DNA from: Scyliorhinus canicula
Taxonomy: Eukaryota
Direction: 5' to 3'
Assembly: GCF_902713615.1 (NCBI RefSeq)
Contig: NC_052162.1
Coordinates: 133,448,653-133,512,652, forward strand
Length of the DNA: 64,000 bases
This document shows positions 10,747-23,048 of the stretch, in pieces. A program made the position numbers and the translations under genes. Within the stretch, counting starts at the first letter, position 1; every line of letters starts with the position of its first letter. The notes under the pieces are model-generated. The model did no database searches. It worked only from the letters and a program-made list of their open reading frames with translations, and was not told the DNA's origin.

Positions 10747-11175
10747 ATGCTCATTCCGTTCCCTAATTTCCGATAATTCTGGGCGATTCATGCCAGTCCC
10801 CCACTAATTGTTCTCACTCACTTGAGCAGTGAGCAGGTGCAGGATGGTCACAGGACTCTAGAGATTGAACCGTCGCTATTTCCGCTCCGGCAATCCCGCC
10901 TGCAGTTGATACCAGCCGCACAGTCTGACTAGTTTAGAATCTGCGGTGTCCCGGGGCGCAGCTTCCGTTTGCTGTACCCATTTTCATTCTGAAACGATTG
11001 TGCTGTTGGGGACATTACTGCACATGACCCATTCGTGGCATCGGATAGGTCAGCAATGCAGTGGTCTGGGAGTGTGTATTTCTGCTCCAGCTGATCACTT
11101 CCTCCACTGAAGAGGGACTAATTCAGGATCCTCCTGGTTCCACTCCTCGACATGATCTAACTTCACCGAAACTCT
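10747..11175 (+). pseudogene. V relic type M, copy 4 (most diverged)
   Basis: Leader relic at 10747; VQDGHRTL...D*FRICGVPGRSFRLLY...TNSGS; nonamer-like ACCGAAACT at about 11165. Confidence 0.5.
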
Positions 11176-11329
11176 TACCCTCACTTTAAAACTCCAATAT
11201 CCCCTGACTGATCTCTTTGCCCAAATATCACAGATTCTACTTGTTTGTCCAATAATCCCATTTCCCTCGAACCCGTGGGGCACTCCGTATTTCATTTCTA
11301 TTTTTGTAATTTACCACAATTTCCTCTTC

Positions 11330-11580
11330 AGCTACCTCACTGCCTGCCTATTACCCCTCCTATTTAGACCGTAGACAGTTAGTATGGCCAGTGAGAAGCT
11401 CTTCCCCTCAGAAACTCCGGAATTAGCAACACAACAGCATCGGCTTTTTTCATCACTCCTTCCCCGGGATAGACTAACCCCTAAAGGGGAATGTATATGC
11501 TCTTGACTTAAAAACACAATGACATTGACATTCCGCCTAAGAACGCTGAGATGCTTGTTTTTAAAGCATCTTTTCGTCCT
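11330..11580 (+). pseudogene. Possible very degenerate V relic
   Basis: Strong polypyrimidine acceptor at 11330; fragments FFHHSFPG and KNTMTLTF..AE/DA across frames. Confidence 0.3.
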
Positions 11581-12039
11581 CTCTACATTATATGAAACTA
11601 ACCATATAAGAAATAGCATTGAGCGCAGATCAATTGACCCTTCGATCCTTCAGTAAGATCACAGTTGATCAGATTGCGGCCGTCGGTCCAATTTCCTGCC
11701 TGCCCTTCAGAAATGGCAACTCGCGTGAAAATCAGAAGCTTCCGTCGAGATCAAAAGCAACCTCGTTTTTTTCAATCAGGGGCAGTTGAAAATATCCACC
11801 TTGAAAAAGTGTCCATGACGAAAAGTGAGAAAGCACAGTCCCTGAATTCAGTTTCTCGCTTTATCCTCAGGATCTTTTCGCCTGGTTTGGAACCATTTGC
11901 CAATGTTTCTGACAAGCTGCTGGATCCAATTAAAGAATTATCTGTATTCAGTCATGCCTTATTAAAAACTGTAATTTACAATGAAATGAGATATCGAAAG
12001 CTATCACTCGATTACAATAATGGTCTGTCTACCAATGTT

Positions 12040-12175
12040 TGCTTTGTGTGTGTGTCTGCAAGTGTGAATGTGTGTATATGTGTGCATGTGAATTTATATT
12101 TGTGTGAGAGAATGTATGTGTCTGTTTGAGTATGTGGTGCTTGTGTGTGTGTTGTATATGCGTGCGTGCATGTGT
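12040..12175. repeat. Degenerate (TG)n microsatellite
   Basis: TG-rich low-complexity tract. Confidence 0.8.
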
Positions 12176-12951
12176 TCTTTATTGCCTTCCTTTTCGGTGT
12201 ATGCGTCTGGAAGTGTTTATTTGTATGTCTCCACGGCTGTTCCCTGGCGTCTGCAGTTATGCTGCTTAACAAAACTTGATGCAAGACGGCGCTGCGAGAT
12301 AATTTGGTGAAGGTTTTTCCAAGCAAACATTTTCAATGTATGTAAATTACTTCAACTAATCAAGCCATTGTGTGCACATTTTTTAATTCTGATCGTGCAC
12401 ATAATGTTTTTCACGTTATTAAGTTTGGAATTTTTAAAGGGCCATATCAAAACCAGGAATTGCTTCACTTTCAACCTCGTCAAATATTGCAAGAGATGGG
12501 ATGAGAGAGGGGAAAAGAGTGAGCAAGGTAGAAGGTGAGACTGACAAAAAATGGATGGTGAGAGAGAAAAGCACATGGAAAGAGAGCATAGGGGGATAGT
12601 GTGAGAGAGAAAGATTTAAAGCAAAACTCTGAGCAGAAGGTCAAGAAAGAGAAAGATACCGAAATAGGTTTAGCCACACTGGGTAACGGTTACATATGTT
12701 ACAACTGTAAGTGTGAACCTCTGCTTGAGTGTTTGTATGAGTTTCCATGTGCGTCTGCTGTGTGTGTAAGTGCATCGATGGAAGGCCAACCTCAAGCGGA
12801 TTAGCACGGAAAGAACTTTGAGTGTTCATGCAGGAATACCAGCATCAATGATTGGTTCATCGTTAGTCCCATTTCTGAGAGAGCAGCCAATCCTCGGCAG
12901 CTGTCCCTCAGATTCACAATAAGCGAAACATTCCCGTTCTATGTTCACTGT

Positions 12952-13127
12952 TTAATGAAAATCGCTTATTGTCACAAGTAGGCTTCAAATGAAGTTACTG
13001 TGAAAAGCCCCTAGTCGCCACATTCCGGCGCCTGTTCGGGGAGGCTGGTACGGGAATTGAACCGTGCTGCTGGGCTGCCTTGGTCTGCTTTCAAAGCCAG
13101 CGATTTAGCCCTGTGCTAAACAGCCCC
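12952..13127 (-). mobile_element. Short tRNA-derived SINE (second family)
   Basis: Matches 38350-38530 and the reverse complement of 46872-47060 (CCTACTTGTGACAATAAGCGATTTTCATT tail). Confidence 0.85.
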
Positions 13128-13198
13128 GAATGTCAGTCTATAACATTCAGAATATTAAAAACATTCTGATTTGTTAGCTGAAATCTAACCCATCCACC

Positions 13199-13640
13199 AT
13201 ATTTCTCCTATGTCCTTTCCCGATAACCATGGTCGTGCTGCCCGGTGAGTGGGTTGTTGAGTCGTTTCCATGTTCCATTGTTTGCGTTTACTGTGACGTC
13301 TGACACAGTTTGGTCTTTATTTCAGAATTAGTTGGAACGGATGTAATGTCCCATAGATGATTCAGGACCGACAGACCGTAACACAAAACTGCAATTACTA
13401 TACATCGGATAGCTAGCCCTACCTCTTTGGCACATTCGCTATTCTGCAGAAGCTCCGGGATACTTACTGAGAAGGTATGGCAAGGGGCAGGGGGCGCGTT
13501 CTCCAGAATTCCAAGAGCGTTTATTTTGCTAATTTCGACCAGGACAAGGAAACAGTTCCTTTACATATTAGTTGGGCTTCTATCCCTGACTCTGCCGTGT
13601 ATCTCTGTGGGCTGAGGTGCATTCAGTCCGTACAAAAACC
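13199..13640 (+). pseudogene. Inverted TCR V pseudogene (V3 family)
   Basis: ccaccATA (mutated ATG) leader IFLLCPFPITMVVLP G|GTGAGT, acceptor before 13326. Frameshifted TVTQNCNYYTSDS*PYLF/WHIRYSAEAPGYLLRRY...EFQERL/FANFDQDKETVPLHISWASIPDSAVYLCGLR. Only the nonamer ACAAAAACC (13632-13640) remains. Confidence 0.88.
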
Positions 13641-13644
13641 GGCA

Positions 13645-14010
13645 AGGCACTCTCATCCCCTCTCACTCAATCGGATCACGAAAGTGAAGCTCAGATTCAT
13701 ATCACAGATCAAACCCAATTTGTAAAATAGCTGTCAGCAGAACCCAAACTGAGTGGCGTTGCCTGAGAAGGCAACGCTGTTGAGCATCAAACTGAGTCCT
13801 ACATCAGATACACTGTAGAGGCCAGAAAGGTGTCTCTGGGAATGTGGATAACAGGGTAAAGGTGTGAGGGAGCTTCAGCATTGCTGTTCCGCCACAAGCA
13901 GGAGAGTGCGCATGCGTCAGTGCTTCCGTCTGAGGAAAGTCAGACAGCAGTCTCTGTGAGGTCAGTCTGTACTATCTGTGACGTCAGTCTGTCGATTCTA
14001 TGTGACGTCA
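13645..14010 (-). promoter_or_regulatory. Orphan V promoter/leader-start module, paralog of 2450-2765
   Basis: Collinear with 2450-2765 (GAGAAGG..CGCTGTTGA..ATCAAACTGAG; TGTGAGGGAG.TTCAGCATTG); TGACGTCA at 13979 and 14003; no V exon follows. Confidence 0.55.
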
Positions 14011-14328
14011 GAGGTACCCTGTTCCATGGAGCTGATCCCAACATTAAACCCTGTTTTTAAAAAGAATAAAGAACGAAAAGGCGCAGGAAAGACTAATTAA
14101 CCGATACGTTTATTTCGAACTGCATCTACCTGTCATTTTAAAGATTCTATTTTGTTTGTTTTTTCAGCCGCTTTTGGAACCGGTATCTTGACGTTTTCAT
14201 TGAAAATGAGATTGGTTTGTTGGCAGGATTTGGTTTGAGAGGCTGACAGCGCTGCTCATATTACGGGTGAATCTGCTCGAGATTCTGTAGAACCCCCAAA
14301 CAGACAGGAGTACTGAGCTGCTGCCCAA

Positions 14329-14664
14329 GGTAAACGTACAGGGGTCAGACTGCTTTCCATCACATTTCCCACACACAGAACGCAGTAATAGATAATAGAC
14401 GGTACAGACAGTCAGCTGCCGCCCCTTGAAGCTTAAACTGGTGAATTTAGTAGAGGTCTCGAATTCTACCGTGAAATATGGTTTGGCAAAACTTTCATTT
14501 ACCCACCCAGAATTCCTGCAGTGCAACTTCGCGCGCTGTGTATCTGGTGCTCTTGGTGCCAGAATAAATAATGAAGCTGATGTTGCATATACCTTTTTCA
14601 GTTTCCCCTTCTACAACTGTCTTTAGATCTAAGGACAGCAACTGACAAACAGAGCCTCCATGAC
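14329..14664 (-). pseudogene. TCR delta-like V pseudogene with degenerate 23-RSS
   Basis: Acceptor|GHGGSVCQ..VVEGETEKGICNISF/LFWHQ../NESFAKPYFTVEFETSTKFTSLSFKGRQLTVCTVYY-YYCVL; AAATGTG + 23 nt + ACGTTTACC. Confidence 0.8.
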
Positions 14665-15589
14665 CTGGATCTAAATCCATATTCAAACAAGGAATTATCA
14701 GACCGGCGGGTGTTTAATATTCTGATTCATACCCTATTTTAGAAAATGGAGAAAATGCGGAAGGTGTTTAGTCCACAATTATTCCCACAATATCCTGATG
14801 CTACGTCACATTCTGCTCGCCATCCGCTCTGTCAAAGGAGGGTTGAATATTTGAAGACACCGATCCTGATCCTACCGTCAATCATCTGCTGTAAGGTTTT
14901 AGGATTCTATCGCCTCACTGCCATTTGCTCGCAGTGCGGTTGTGAAACGGATGAATAGTGAAGTGACTGCGAATGAATAGAAACATATCGGTCTCGGTCT
15001 CGGCTGCAGTGCCGTGGCCTTTTCGGGGGCTGGTTCTGTTGGAGGAGTTGGGTGAGAAGAAAAACTTTCTTTAGGCACTTTAAGACAGAAACTCTGGGCT
15101 ATGAAAGCTGGTGGAAAATATGATAGATATAAAAAGACACTCCAAAAGGTCATGAACATCGAGGGAAATTGATGCATGGGGTGTGTTTTAACACTCGATG
15201 TTCTTAATTTGTAAATTTTAATCTTTTCATTAAAACAACAACTAAAACACGCTGTTCATATAGAGTTTGTGCGCGGTCGTGATCAAAAGGATCGGTATAC
15301 TCACGGGGAGATGGAGGGAAAATCCACAATAAATCAGACAGATACAGAAATAACATCAAAAGGAAAAAACGAGGTGACACCATAAATTTATTTGTGACTC
15401 TCATTTGTATTACAGCTGTGAGCTGAAAGCAACTACTTTAATTCCCTAAGTGGCCCTTGCCTGGTTTTGTTGGGCGCGCCGTCTTGCTCTGAAATTATGA
15501 AAAGTCTCGTTGGCTTTCACTGTGGAGGTTGAATATTTATCGGCGAGAGAACGCCCTCTGGTGGGCACTAACTGGAACTCTCAATGTGG

Positions 15590-15629
15590 GGTTATTGTAC
15601 GGCATCTGCTATATCTCTGCAGCAGTGTG
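15590..15629 (-). promoter_or_regulatory. RSS of V3 (24-nt spacer)
   Basis: CACACTG + 24 nt + ACAATAACC. Confidence 0.85.
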
Positions 15630-16078
15630 GGCACCATGGCACAGACATACACGGCGCAGTCGGAGAGAAGCGTCCCGGCGATAGTTAAAGGAACAGTTGT
15701 GTTTTCTTTATGCAAAACCGCCACGAATCTGACTGGTAAATTTGGAGAATTATTTACAATCCCAGAGCTATATATTGCCATTAAATATTTTGGAGCTTTC
15801 CCGGGATACTGGATGTACCAGAACAGACTTTGAAGAGAAGCTGTCGAGTATCTACAATCCAGTGTTATGTTCTGTCCTTCCAGAACCTTTAATTCAGATC
15901 GATCCTGGAACACTGCTTCTTCGCCATTTGTTCCTGTAAAAGACAAATAATGTTTCAAACGTCTGGGAGTGAACATAGCATATGGAACATGTGCATGTGT
16001 GATATTGAATAGTATAGTAAATATTGACTCACTGGGCAGGATGATGAGGATCACCATAAAGCAATATGAAGAGAACAT
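15630..16078 (-). CDS. Intact TCR alpha/delta-like V gene segment V3 (leader 16078-16033, V exon 15933-15630)
   Basis: MFSSYCFMVILIILP A|GTGAGT..AG|GTNGEEAVFQ..ITLDC..LFWYIQYPGKAP..SDCAVYVCAMV, no stops. Confidence 0.9.
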
Positions 16079-17437
16079 GGCACCTGGTTTAAAGTTGGAA
16101 AGAAATAACATCATGTTTGAAATAAGTTGATATTAAAGAGTAATCTCCAATCAGCTGCAGATTTCACGCAATGTGATTATGATGGGCGTTTCCCAAGGTC
16201 AGGATTGGCTCGTCCCTCAGTGCTCGTGAGAGTCGGGCACTAATCGTTTTTGCTTCTGGGCTAATTAACTCCTTGAGCATTTTCGCTGCCTTGGTGTCTC
16301 TCAGCGTGTCTGTCTCTCTCTGCTGTTCGACTTCTCTTTCGGTATCTCGCCTCTATCTCTCTCTCTCTCACACACACACAAACTTTCTCTGTCTCGTTTT
16401 CGTTCCTTCACATGACATTCAAGTTCAGAGAGTCGAAAATAAAATTCATCTCAAATTCCCGTTTCAACTAATTCACCAGCCAAGGTACAGTGAAGGGACC
16501 CGGTGCCGTGATGTGGAGACAATAAGGTCGGTGACACGAAGAGAGACAAACGAACAGATAATAACATAAACAGAGAGAGAATCAAAGGAACATAGTGAGA
16601 GAGAAAAACATAAAGTCGATGCAGGAATTCAAAATGGAAAGAAAAATAAGATATAAATAATAATATATTTAAATATTTAATAATTGAGAAAATTATATGA
16701 TCAATTGAATATAACACAACACGTGTCAAAATATGTTACTTTACTGCGATTTAAACATAATTTAACATTAGTTCCTGTGTATATTCACCTGCATTAAAGT
16801 ACATTATAATAGTAATAACGAGGAACCCGTAACCGCTCCCACCGCAGTAAACAGACAAATACGATGCTGGAGCTCTTTGATGGGAGGAACTTTAAATTAC
16901 ACAAGGTGATAACTACAGTTCAGACGCCAGACTAAAATGGAGGCAGCTAACTTCTAATGTATGTTAAATACATGTATGTTAAATTACACGTTTCAGATAC
17001 TAAACTGCCAGCGTATATCCCCGTTCTGTGCATATGCCACGAACAACACAGAGATCATTTCCCTGAGTGCCACAGTAGAATCTTAATCAAACTCGACTCC
17101 CTTCACTACCACCCCTAACAACTCCCCCTCCCCCATACCCTTCCCGGCAGCCAGTTCAATTTATTTAGTGACAGAGACTGAAATAAATAGAACATCTTCA
17201 TCTGCATCCAATTAATTCTTCCGGAGAACAGCTTTCAGGACAATTACTGATTAAACAGTCGCTGAGGTCAATTAGAGATCAAACTTTGGACTTCCGGTTG
17301 CGGCTATGACCAGCTAAGTCGCACATTTGGCAGCTCCTGCGACAAAGGTGTTTAAGGGCCGATTGGAGGGCCCCGACGGTACTGTAAAGACGAATCCCGG
17401 TGGGGGAAGGCTCCCTGAGGAGAGTGAGACCAACTTT

Positions 17438-18283
17438 ATGGTCGGTACTCGGAGTGGGGCGACAAAAAAAGCAGCAGCAGCTCCCCGAAAAAAGCGGGGG
17501 AAGAGGACCAAAATGGCAGCCGGTGGCGCGCTAGAAGATTGGAGAAAATGGGCGGAGGAGCAGCAGGCCGCTCTCCTCCGGTGTTTTACGGAGCTGAAAG
17601 TGGAACTCTTAGAGTCCATGAACGCGACGACCACAAGGCTGATGGGGGCCCAGGCGACCCAAGAGGCGTCGATAAGAGAGCTGCAGCAGGAGATGGCGGT
17701 GAGGGAGGAGGAAGCCACGGTCCTCGTGGGAAAGGTGGAGGTGCACGAGGCACTCCACCTGAAATGGCAGAGCCGCTTTGAGGAGCTGGACACTCGAATG
17801 AGGCGGAAGAACTTGAGGATCCTGGGCCTAGCAGAAGGCCTGGAGGGGCCTGATCTCCCGAAATATGTAGCGGAGATGCTGAGCTCCCTGATGGGAGAGG
17901 GGGCCGGTCCATCGCCCCTGGAGCTGGAAGAAGCATATCGGGTCATGGCTAGGCGGCCTAGGGCGAACGAGCCCCCGAGGGCGGTGCTGGTGCGATTCCA
18001 GCGTTTCTGTGATCGGGAGAAAGTGCTGAGGTGGGCCAAGAGGGAGAAAAGCAGCAAATGGGAGAATTCGACGGTGCGGATATATCAGGACTGGAGTGCG
18101 GAGGTGGCAAAGCGGCGGGCCCGGTTTAACCGGACGAAGGCGGTGCTGCACGCAAAGAGGATCAAGTTCGGAATGCTGCAGCCAGCGCGTTTGTGGGTCA
18201 CCTACAAGGACCAGCACCACTACTTTGAGACCCCAGAGGAGGCATGGACTTTTGTTCGGGAGGAAAAGCTGGACCTGAACTAG
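17438..18283 (+). CDS. L1-clade ORF1p (coiled coil + RRM); start ATG at 17438 or 17513
   Basis: RMRRKNLRILGLAEG, PRAVLVRF, VRIYQDWSAEVAKRR, FGMLQPARLWVT motifs; open frame. Confidence 0.92.
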   Translation: MVGTRSGATKKAAAAPRKKRGKRTKMAAGGALEDWRKWAEEQQAALLRCFTELKVELLESMNATTTRLMGAQATQEASIRELQQEMAVREEEATVLVGKVEVHEALHLKWQSRFEELDTRMRRKNLRILGLAEGLEGPDLPKYVAEMLSSLMGEGAGPSPLELEEAYRVMARRPRANEPPRAVLVRFQRFCDREKVLRWAKREKSSKWENSTVRIYQDWSAEVAKRRARFNRTKAVLHAKRIKFGMLQPARLWVTYKDQHHYFETPEEAWTFVREEKLDLN

Positions 18284-19252
18284 AACTTGGGAACGCCGGC
18301 GGTCGAGGCCGCCCGAGTACCCTTGACTGATCAAGTGGCCCATGTCTTTCTTAGGCCAGGTCGGAACTTGGTTAAAGTTGATGGATCGTTTGGTTTCTTT
18401 GAAACTTGTGTTATGGGGGGTTTCTTTGTTCCTTTTTGTGTGTCTCTTCCCGTTGCCAACTTCCCTTAATTATTGTTGTTGTAGGGGGGCTTTTTTTTTT
18501 TTTTTTTTTTACTGCTTTTTTTTGATCTGTTCTTTAAGGGTTATGGTTACTGTTCTGTTCGATGGAGGGTGATGGTTAAATACGTTATTATTGGGTAGTT
18601 ATTTAGTTATGCAGGCATAGTTATGTATTTAGGTATTTATTTGAGATTTGTTATTTATATTGTTATATTGTTAAGTTGGGGAGGCGGGACGGGGGGGGTG
18701 CAAGTTGGTTATGCGTGTTTTCTTTTTCTCTTTTTTCTTCCTCTCGTTTTAAGGGGGCTTTTTTATGGGCTTGGATGGGGACGGGGGTGGAATTGAAGAT
18801 GGCGGGGTAGGGTGTGGCCGGGCGAAAGCGCGGGCTTTCCCCTGTTTCCCGCGCGCGGGACGGAGGAAGGGGGAGGAGAGAAGAGTGGGGTGTGGCCAGC
18901 AATGGCGGCTTTTCCCGCGCTGAAGCGGGGTCAGAGAGGGATGGCAAGGGGGGGGGGGAGGCCCCTCCCCCCCCACATCGGGAGGAGTCGGAGTGTGGCA
19001 GGGGCAGCCGGGTCAGCGAAAACCAGCTGACTCTCGGGAGTACGATGGTGGATACACCGCGGCTAGGAGGGGTCCTAGCCAGGGGGGGGGGGGGGGGGGG
19101 GGGGGGAAGGGGGGTTAGGGGGGGATACCGGGTTGCTGCTGGAAAGGCCGAGGACGGGAAGGGAGGAACGGGAGGAGAGAGGGGGAGGGGCCATCGCCAT
19201 GGGGAACGGGTCAGAAGGGGAGGGTCGACCCGGGGCGAACAGGGGACAGGAC

Positions 19253-22200
19253 ATGGCTAACAGACAGGGGAAAGGGACGGGTCGCTCCGCGACCCGGTTG
19301 ATTACTTGGAACGTGAGGGGGCTGAATGGGCCGGTCAAGAGATCAAGGGTTTTTTCACACCTAAAGGGACTGCAGGCGGATGTGGCAATGTTGCAGGAGA
19401 CTCACTTGAGAGTAGTAGACCAGGTACGCCTGAGAAGGGGGTGGGTGGGACAGGTGTTCCACTCAGGCTTGGACGCAAAGAACCGGGGGGTGGCGATTTT
19501 GGTGGGAAAGAGGGTGTCGTTCGTGGCGGCGCAGGTGGTAGCAGATAAGGAGGGTAGGTACGTGATGGTGAAGGGTAGGCTGCAGGGAGAGAATGTGGTG
19601 CTGGTGAATGTGTATGCCCCGAATTGGGATGACGCGGGTTTTATGAGGCGCCTGTTGGGCCTCATTCCGGGTCTGGAGGCAGGGGGCCTGATCATGGGGG
19701 GGGACTTCAATACAGTGCTCGACCCTGGGCTGGACAGATCGAGTTCCAGGACGAATAGGAGGCCGGCAGCGGCAGAGGTGCTAAGGGGGTTCATGGAGCA
19801 GATGGGGGGGGTAGACCCTTGGAGATTTGGCAGGCCAAGGGCGAGGGAGTATTCTTTTTTCTCCCACGTCCACAGGGTGTACTCCAGAATAGACTTTTTT
19901 GTACTGAGCAGGGGGCTGATTTCGAGAGTGCAGGACACGGAGTACTCGGCCATTGCGATTTCGGACCATGCACCACACTGGGTAGAGGTAGAACTGGGGG
20001 AAGCACGGGACCAGCGCCCGTTGTGGCGCCTGGATGTGGGGCTGCTGGCGGACGATGAGGTGTGCGGAAGGGTCCGGAAGGGCATTGAGAGATATCTGGG
20101 CACGAACGACACGGGCGAGGTGAAGGTGGGGGTAGTCTGGGAGGCCCTGAAAGCAGTGATCAGAGGAGAGCTGATCTCCATAAGGGCACACAGAGAAAGG
20201 AAGGAGAGGCAGGAGAGGGAGAGACTGGTGGGGGAACTTATAGAAGTGGACAGGAGATATGCGGAGACACCAGAGGAGGGGCTGTTGAGGGAGCGGCGCA
20301 GTTTACAGGCCCAGTTTGACCTACTGACCACTAGGAAGGCGGAGACGCAATGGAGAAGGGCACAGGGCGCGGTCTATGAGTACGGGGAAAAGGCGAGCAG
20401 GATGCTGGCACACCAGCTGCGCAAGCGAGATGCAGCCAGAGAGATTGGGGGAGTGAGAGAGAAGGGAGGGAACGTAGTGCAGAAGGGGCAAGAGGTGAAC
20501 GGGGTCTTCAGGGATTTCTACAGGGAATTGTACCGGTCTGAGCCGCCCAGGAGGAGGGGGGGAATGGAGAACTTCCTCGATAGATTGAGGTTCCCAAAGG
20601 TCCAGGAGGAACGGGTGGAGGGGCTGGGGGCGCCGATAGAGCTGCAGGAGCTAGTTAAAGGGATAGGCCAGATGCAGGCGGGGAAGGCGCCAGGGCCGGA
20701 TGGGTTCCCGGTGGAATTTTATAAGAAGTATGTGGACTTGGTGGGTCCAGTGCTGGTGCGAGCCTTCAATGAGGCGCGAGAGGGGGGGGTTCTGCCCCCG
20801 ACAATGTCACAGGCCCTGATCTCCTTGATCCTGAAGCGGGACAAGGACCCTGTACAGTGCGGGTCCTACAGGCCTATCTCCCTCTTGAATGTAGATGCCA
20901 AACTGTTGGCAAAGGTCCTGGCAACCAGAATAGAGGATTGTGTGCCAGGGGTAATCCATGAGGACCAGACGGGGTTCGTAAAGGGACGACAACTTAACAC
21001 AAATGTCCGGAGACTGTTGAATGTGATTATGATGCCAGCAGTGGAGGGGGAGGCTGAGATAGTGGTAGCACTGGATGCGGAGAAGGCATTCGATAGGGTG
21101 GAGTGGGAATACCTGTGGGAGACGCTGGAACGGTTTGGGTTTGGGGAGGGATTTATCAAGTGGGTGAAGCTGCTGTATTCGGCCCCGATGGCGAGTGTGG
21201 TTACAAACGGGAGGAGGTCAGAGTATTTTGGGCTCCATCGAGGTACCAGGCAGGGATGCCCCCTATCCCCCTTACTATTTGCATTAGCGATCGAACCGTT
21301 GGCGATGGCACTGAGGGGTTCAGGGGGGTGGAGAGGACTGACAAGGGGAGGGGAGGAACATCGGGTATCACTCTATGCGGATGATTTGTTGTTGTATGTG
21401 GCAGACCCGGAAGGGGGAATGCCGGAGGTAATGGAAATACTAGCGGAGTTTGGGGACTTTTCGGGATATAAATTAAATGTGGGTAAAAGTGAGGTCTTTG
21501 TGATACACCCGGGAGATCAGGGGGAGGGAATTGGGCGGCTCCCCTTTAAGAGAGCAGTAAAGAGCTTCAGGTACTTGGGGGTGCAGGTGGCAAGGAACTG
21601 GGGGACCCTCCACAAGCTGAACTTTTCAAGGCTGGTGGAGCAGATGGAGGAGGAGTTCAAGAGGTGGGACATGGTACCGCTGTCGCTAGCAGGGAGGGTG
21701 CAGTCAGTCAAAATGACGGTCCTCCCGAGGTTCTTGTTTCTGTTCCAGTGCTTGCCCATCTTCCTCCCCAGGGCCTTCTTCAAGAAGGTAACTAGCAGCA
21801 TTATGGGCTATGTGTGGGCACATGGCACCCCTAGAGTGAGAAGGATTTTCTTGGAACGGAGTAGGGACAGGGGAGGATTAGCGCTACCCAATCTTTCCGG
21901 ATACTACTGGGCGGCGAACGCATCGATGGTGCGCAAGTGGGTGATGGAGGGGGAGGGGGCAGCTTGGAAACGTATGGAGAGGGCGTCCTGCGGCAATACA
22001 AGCCTGGGGGCGCTAGTAACGGCACCATGGCCGCTCCCCCCCACAAGGTATACCACGAGTCCGGTGGTGGCGGCCACCCTGAAAATCTGGGGGCAGTGGA
22101 GGCGACACAGGGGGGAAGTGGGGGGTCTGATGGCGGCGCCACTGAGAGGGAACCACAGATTTGTCCCGGGGAACACTGGCGGGGGATTCCAGAGCTGGCA

Positions 22201-23048
22201 CAGGGCGGGCATCAGGCAACTGAGGGACATGTTCATAGAGGGGAGGTTTGCGAGCCTGGGAGAGCTGGAGGAGAAATTTGAGCTCCCCCCGGGGAACACG
22301 TTTAGATACCTGCAGGTGAAGGCATTTGCCAGACGACAGGTGGAAGGATTTCCCTTGCTTCCCGATAGAGGGGTGAGCGATAGGGTGCTGTCAGGGGTCT
22401 GGGTCGGAGAAGGGAAGGTCTCGGACATCTACAAAATAATGCAGGAGGTGGAGGAGGTATCGATAGAGGAGCTGAAAGACAAGTGGGAAGCGGAGCTGGG
22501 AGAGCAGATAGAAGATGGGACATGGGCGGATGCCTTAGAGAGGGTCAATTCGTCGTCGTCGTGCGCAAGGTTGGGCCTCATCCAATTTAAGGTGCTGCAC
22601 AGAGCCCATATGACGGGGACTAGGATGAGTCGGTTCTTCGGGGGTGAGGACAGGTGTGTTAGGTGTTCGGGAAGCCCTGCGAACCATGTACATATGTTCT
22701 GGATGTGCCCGGCACTGGAAGAGTTCTGGGAGGGGGTGGCGGGGGACGGTATCGAGAGTGGTGGGAACCAGGGTCAAACCAGGGTGGGGGCTAGCGATTT
22801 TTGGGGTTGGGGTGGAGCCAGGAGTACAGGAGGCAGGGGAGGCCGGAATATTGGCCTTTGCGTCCTTGGTAGCTCGGAGAAGGATCTTGATTCAGTGGAG
22901 GGACACAAGGCCACCAAGTGTTAACACCTGGTTAAACGACATGGCAAGCTTCATCCAATTGGAAAGAATCAAATTCGCCCTGAGAGGGTCGGTACAGGGG
23001 TTCTTCCGGCGGTGGCAGCCCTTCCTTGACTTTCTGGATCAGAGATAG
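19253..23048 (+). CDS. L1-clade ORF2p (APE endonuclease-RT-Cys-rich), single +1 frameshift at about 22745
   Basis: TWNVRGLN, LQETH, GGDFN, SDHAP; RT YRPISLLN, GTRQGCPLSP, LYADD; CVRC..NHVHMFWMC. C-terminus continues in the 22644-23048 frame. Confidence 0.95.

Noticed and set aside
11170-11480. Minus-strand reading resembling an MHC class I alpha-1 domain (EEEIVVNY..RSAPRV..WDYW)
   Set aside because: It overlaps the reverse complement of a plus-strand polypyrimidine tract, has many stops and wrong spacing; a plus-strand V relic explains the region better.
11665-12129. 154-aa ORF as a gene
   Set aside because: No recognisable motif or splice context, and it runs into a TG microsatellite.
17314-22428. 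Long antisense and alternate-frame ORFs over the L1 copies (also 44039-46822)
   Set aside because: Shadow ORFs of GC-rich L1 coding sequence.
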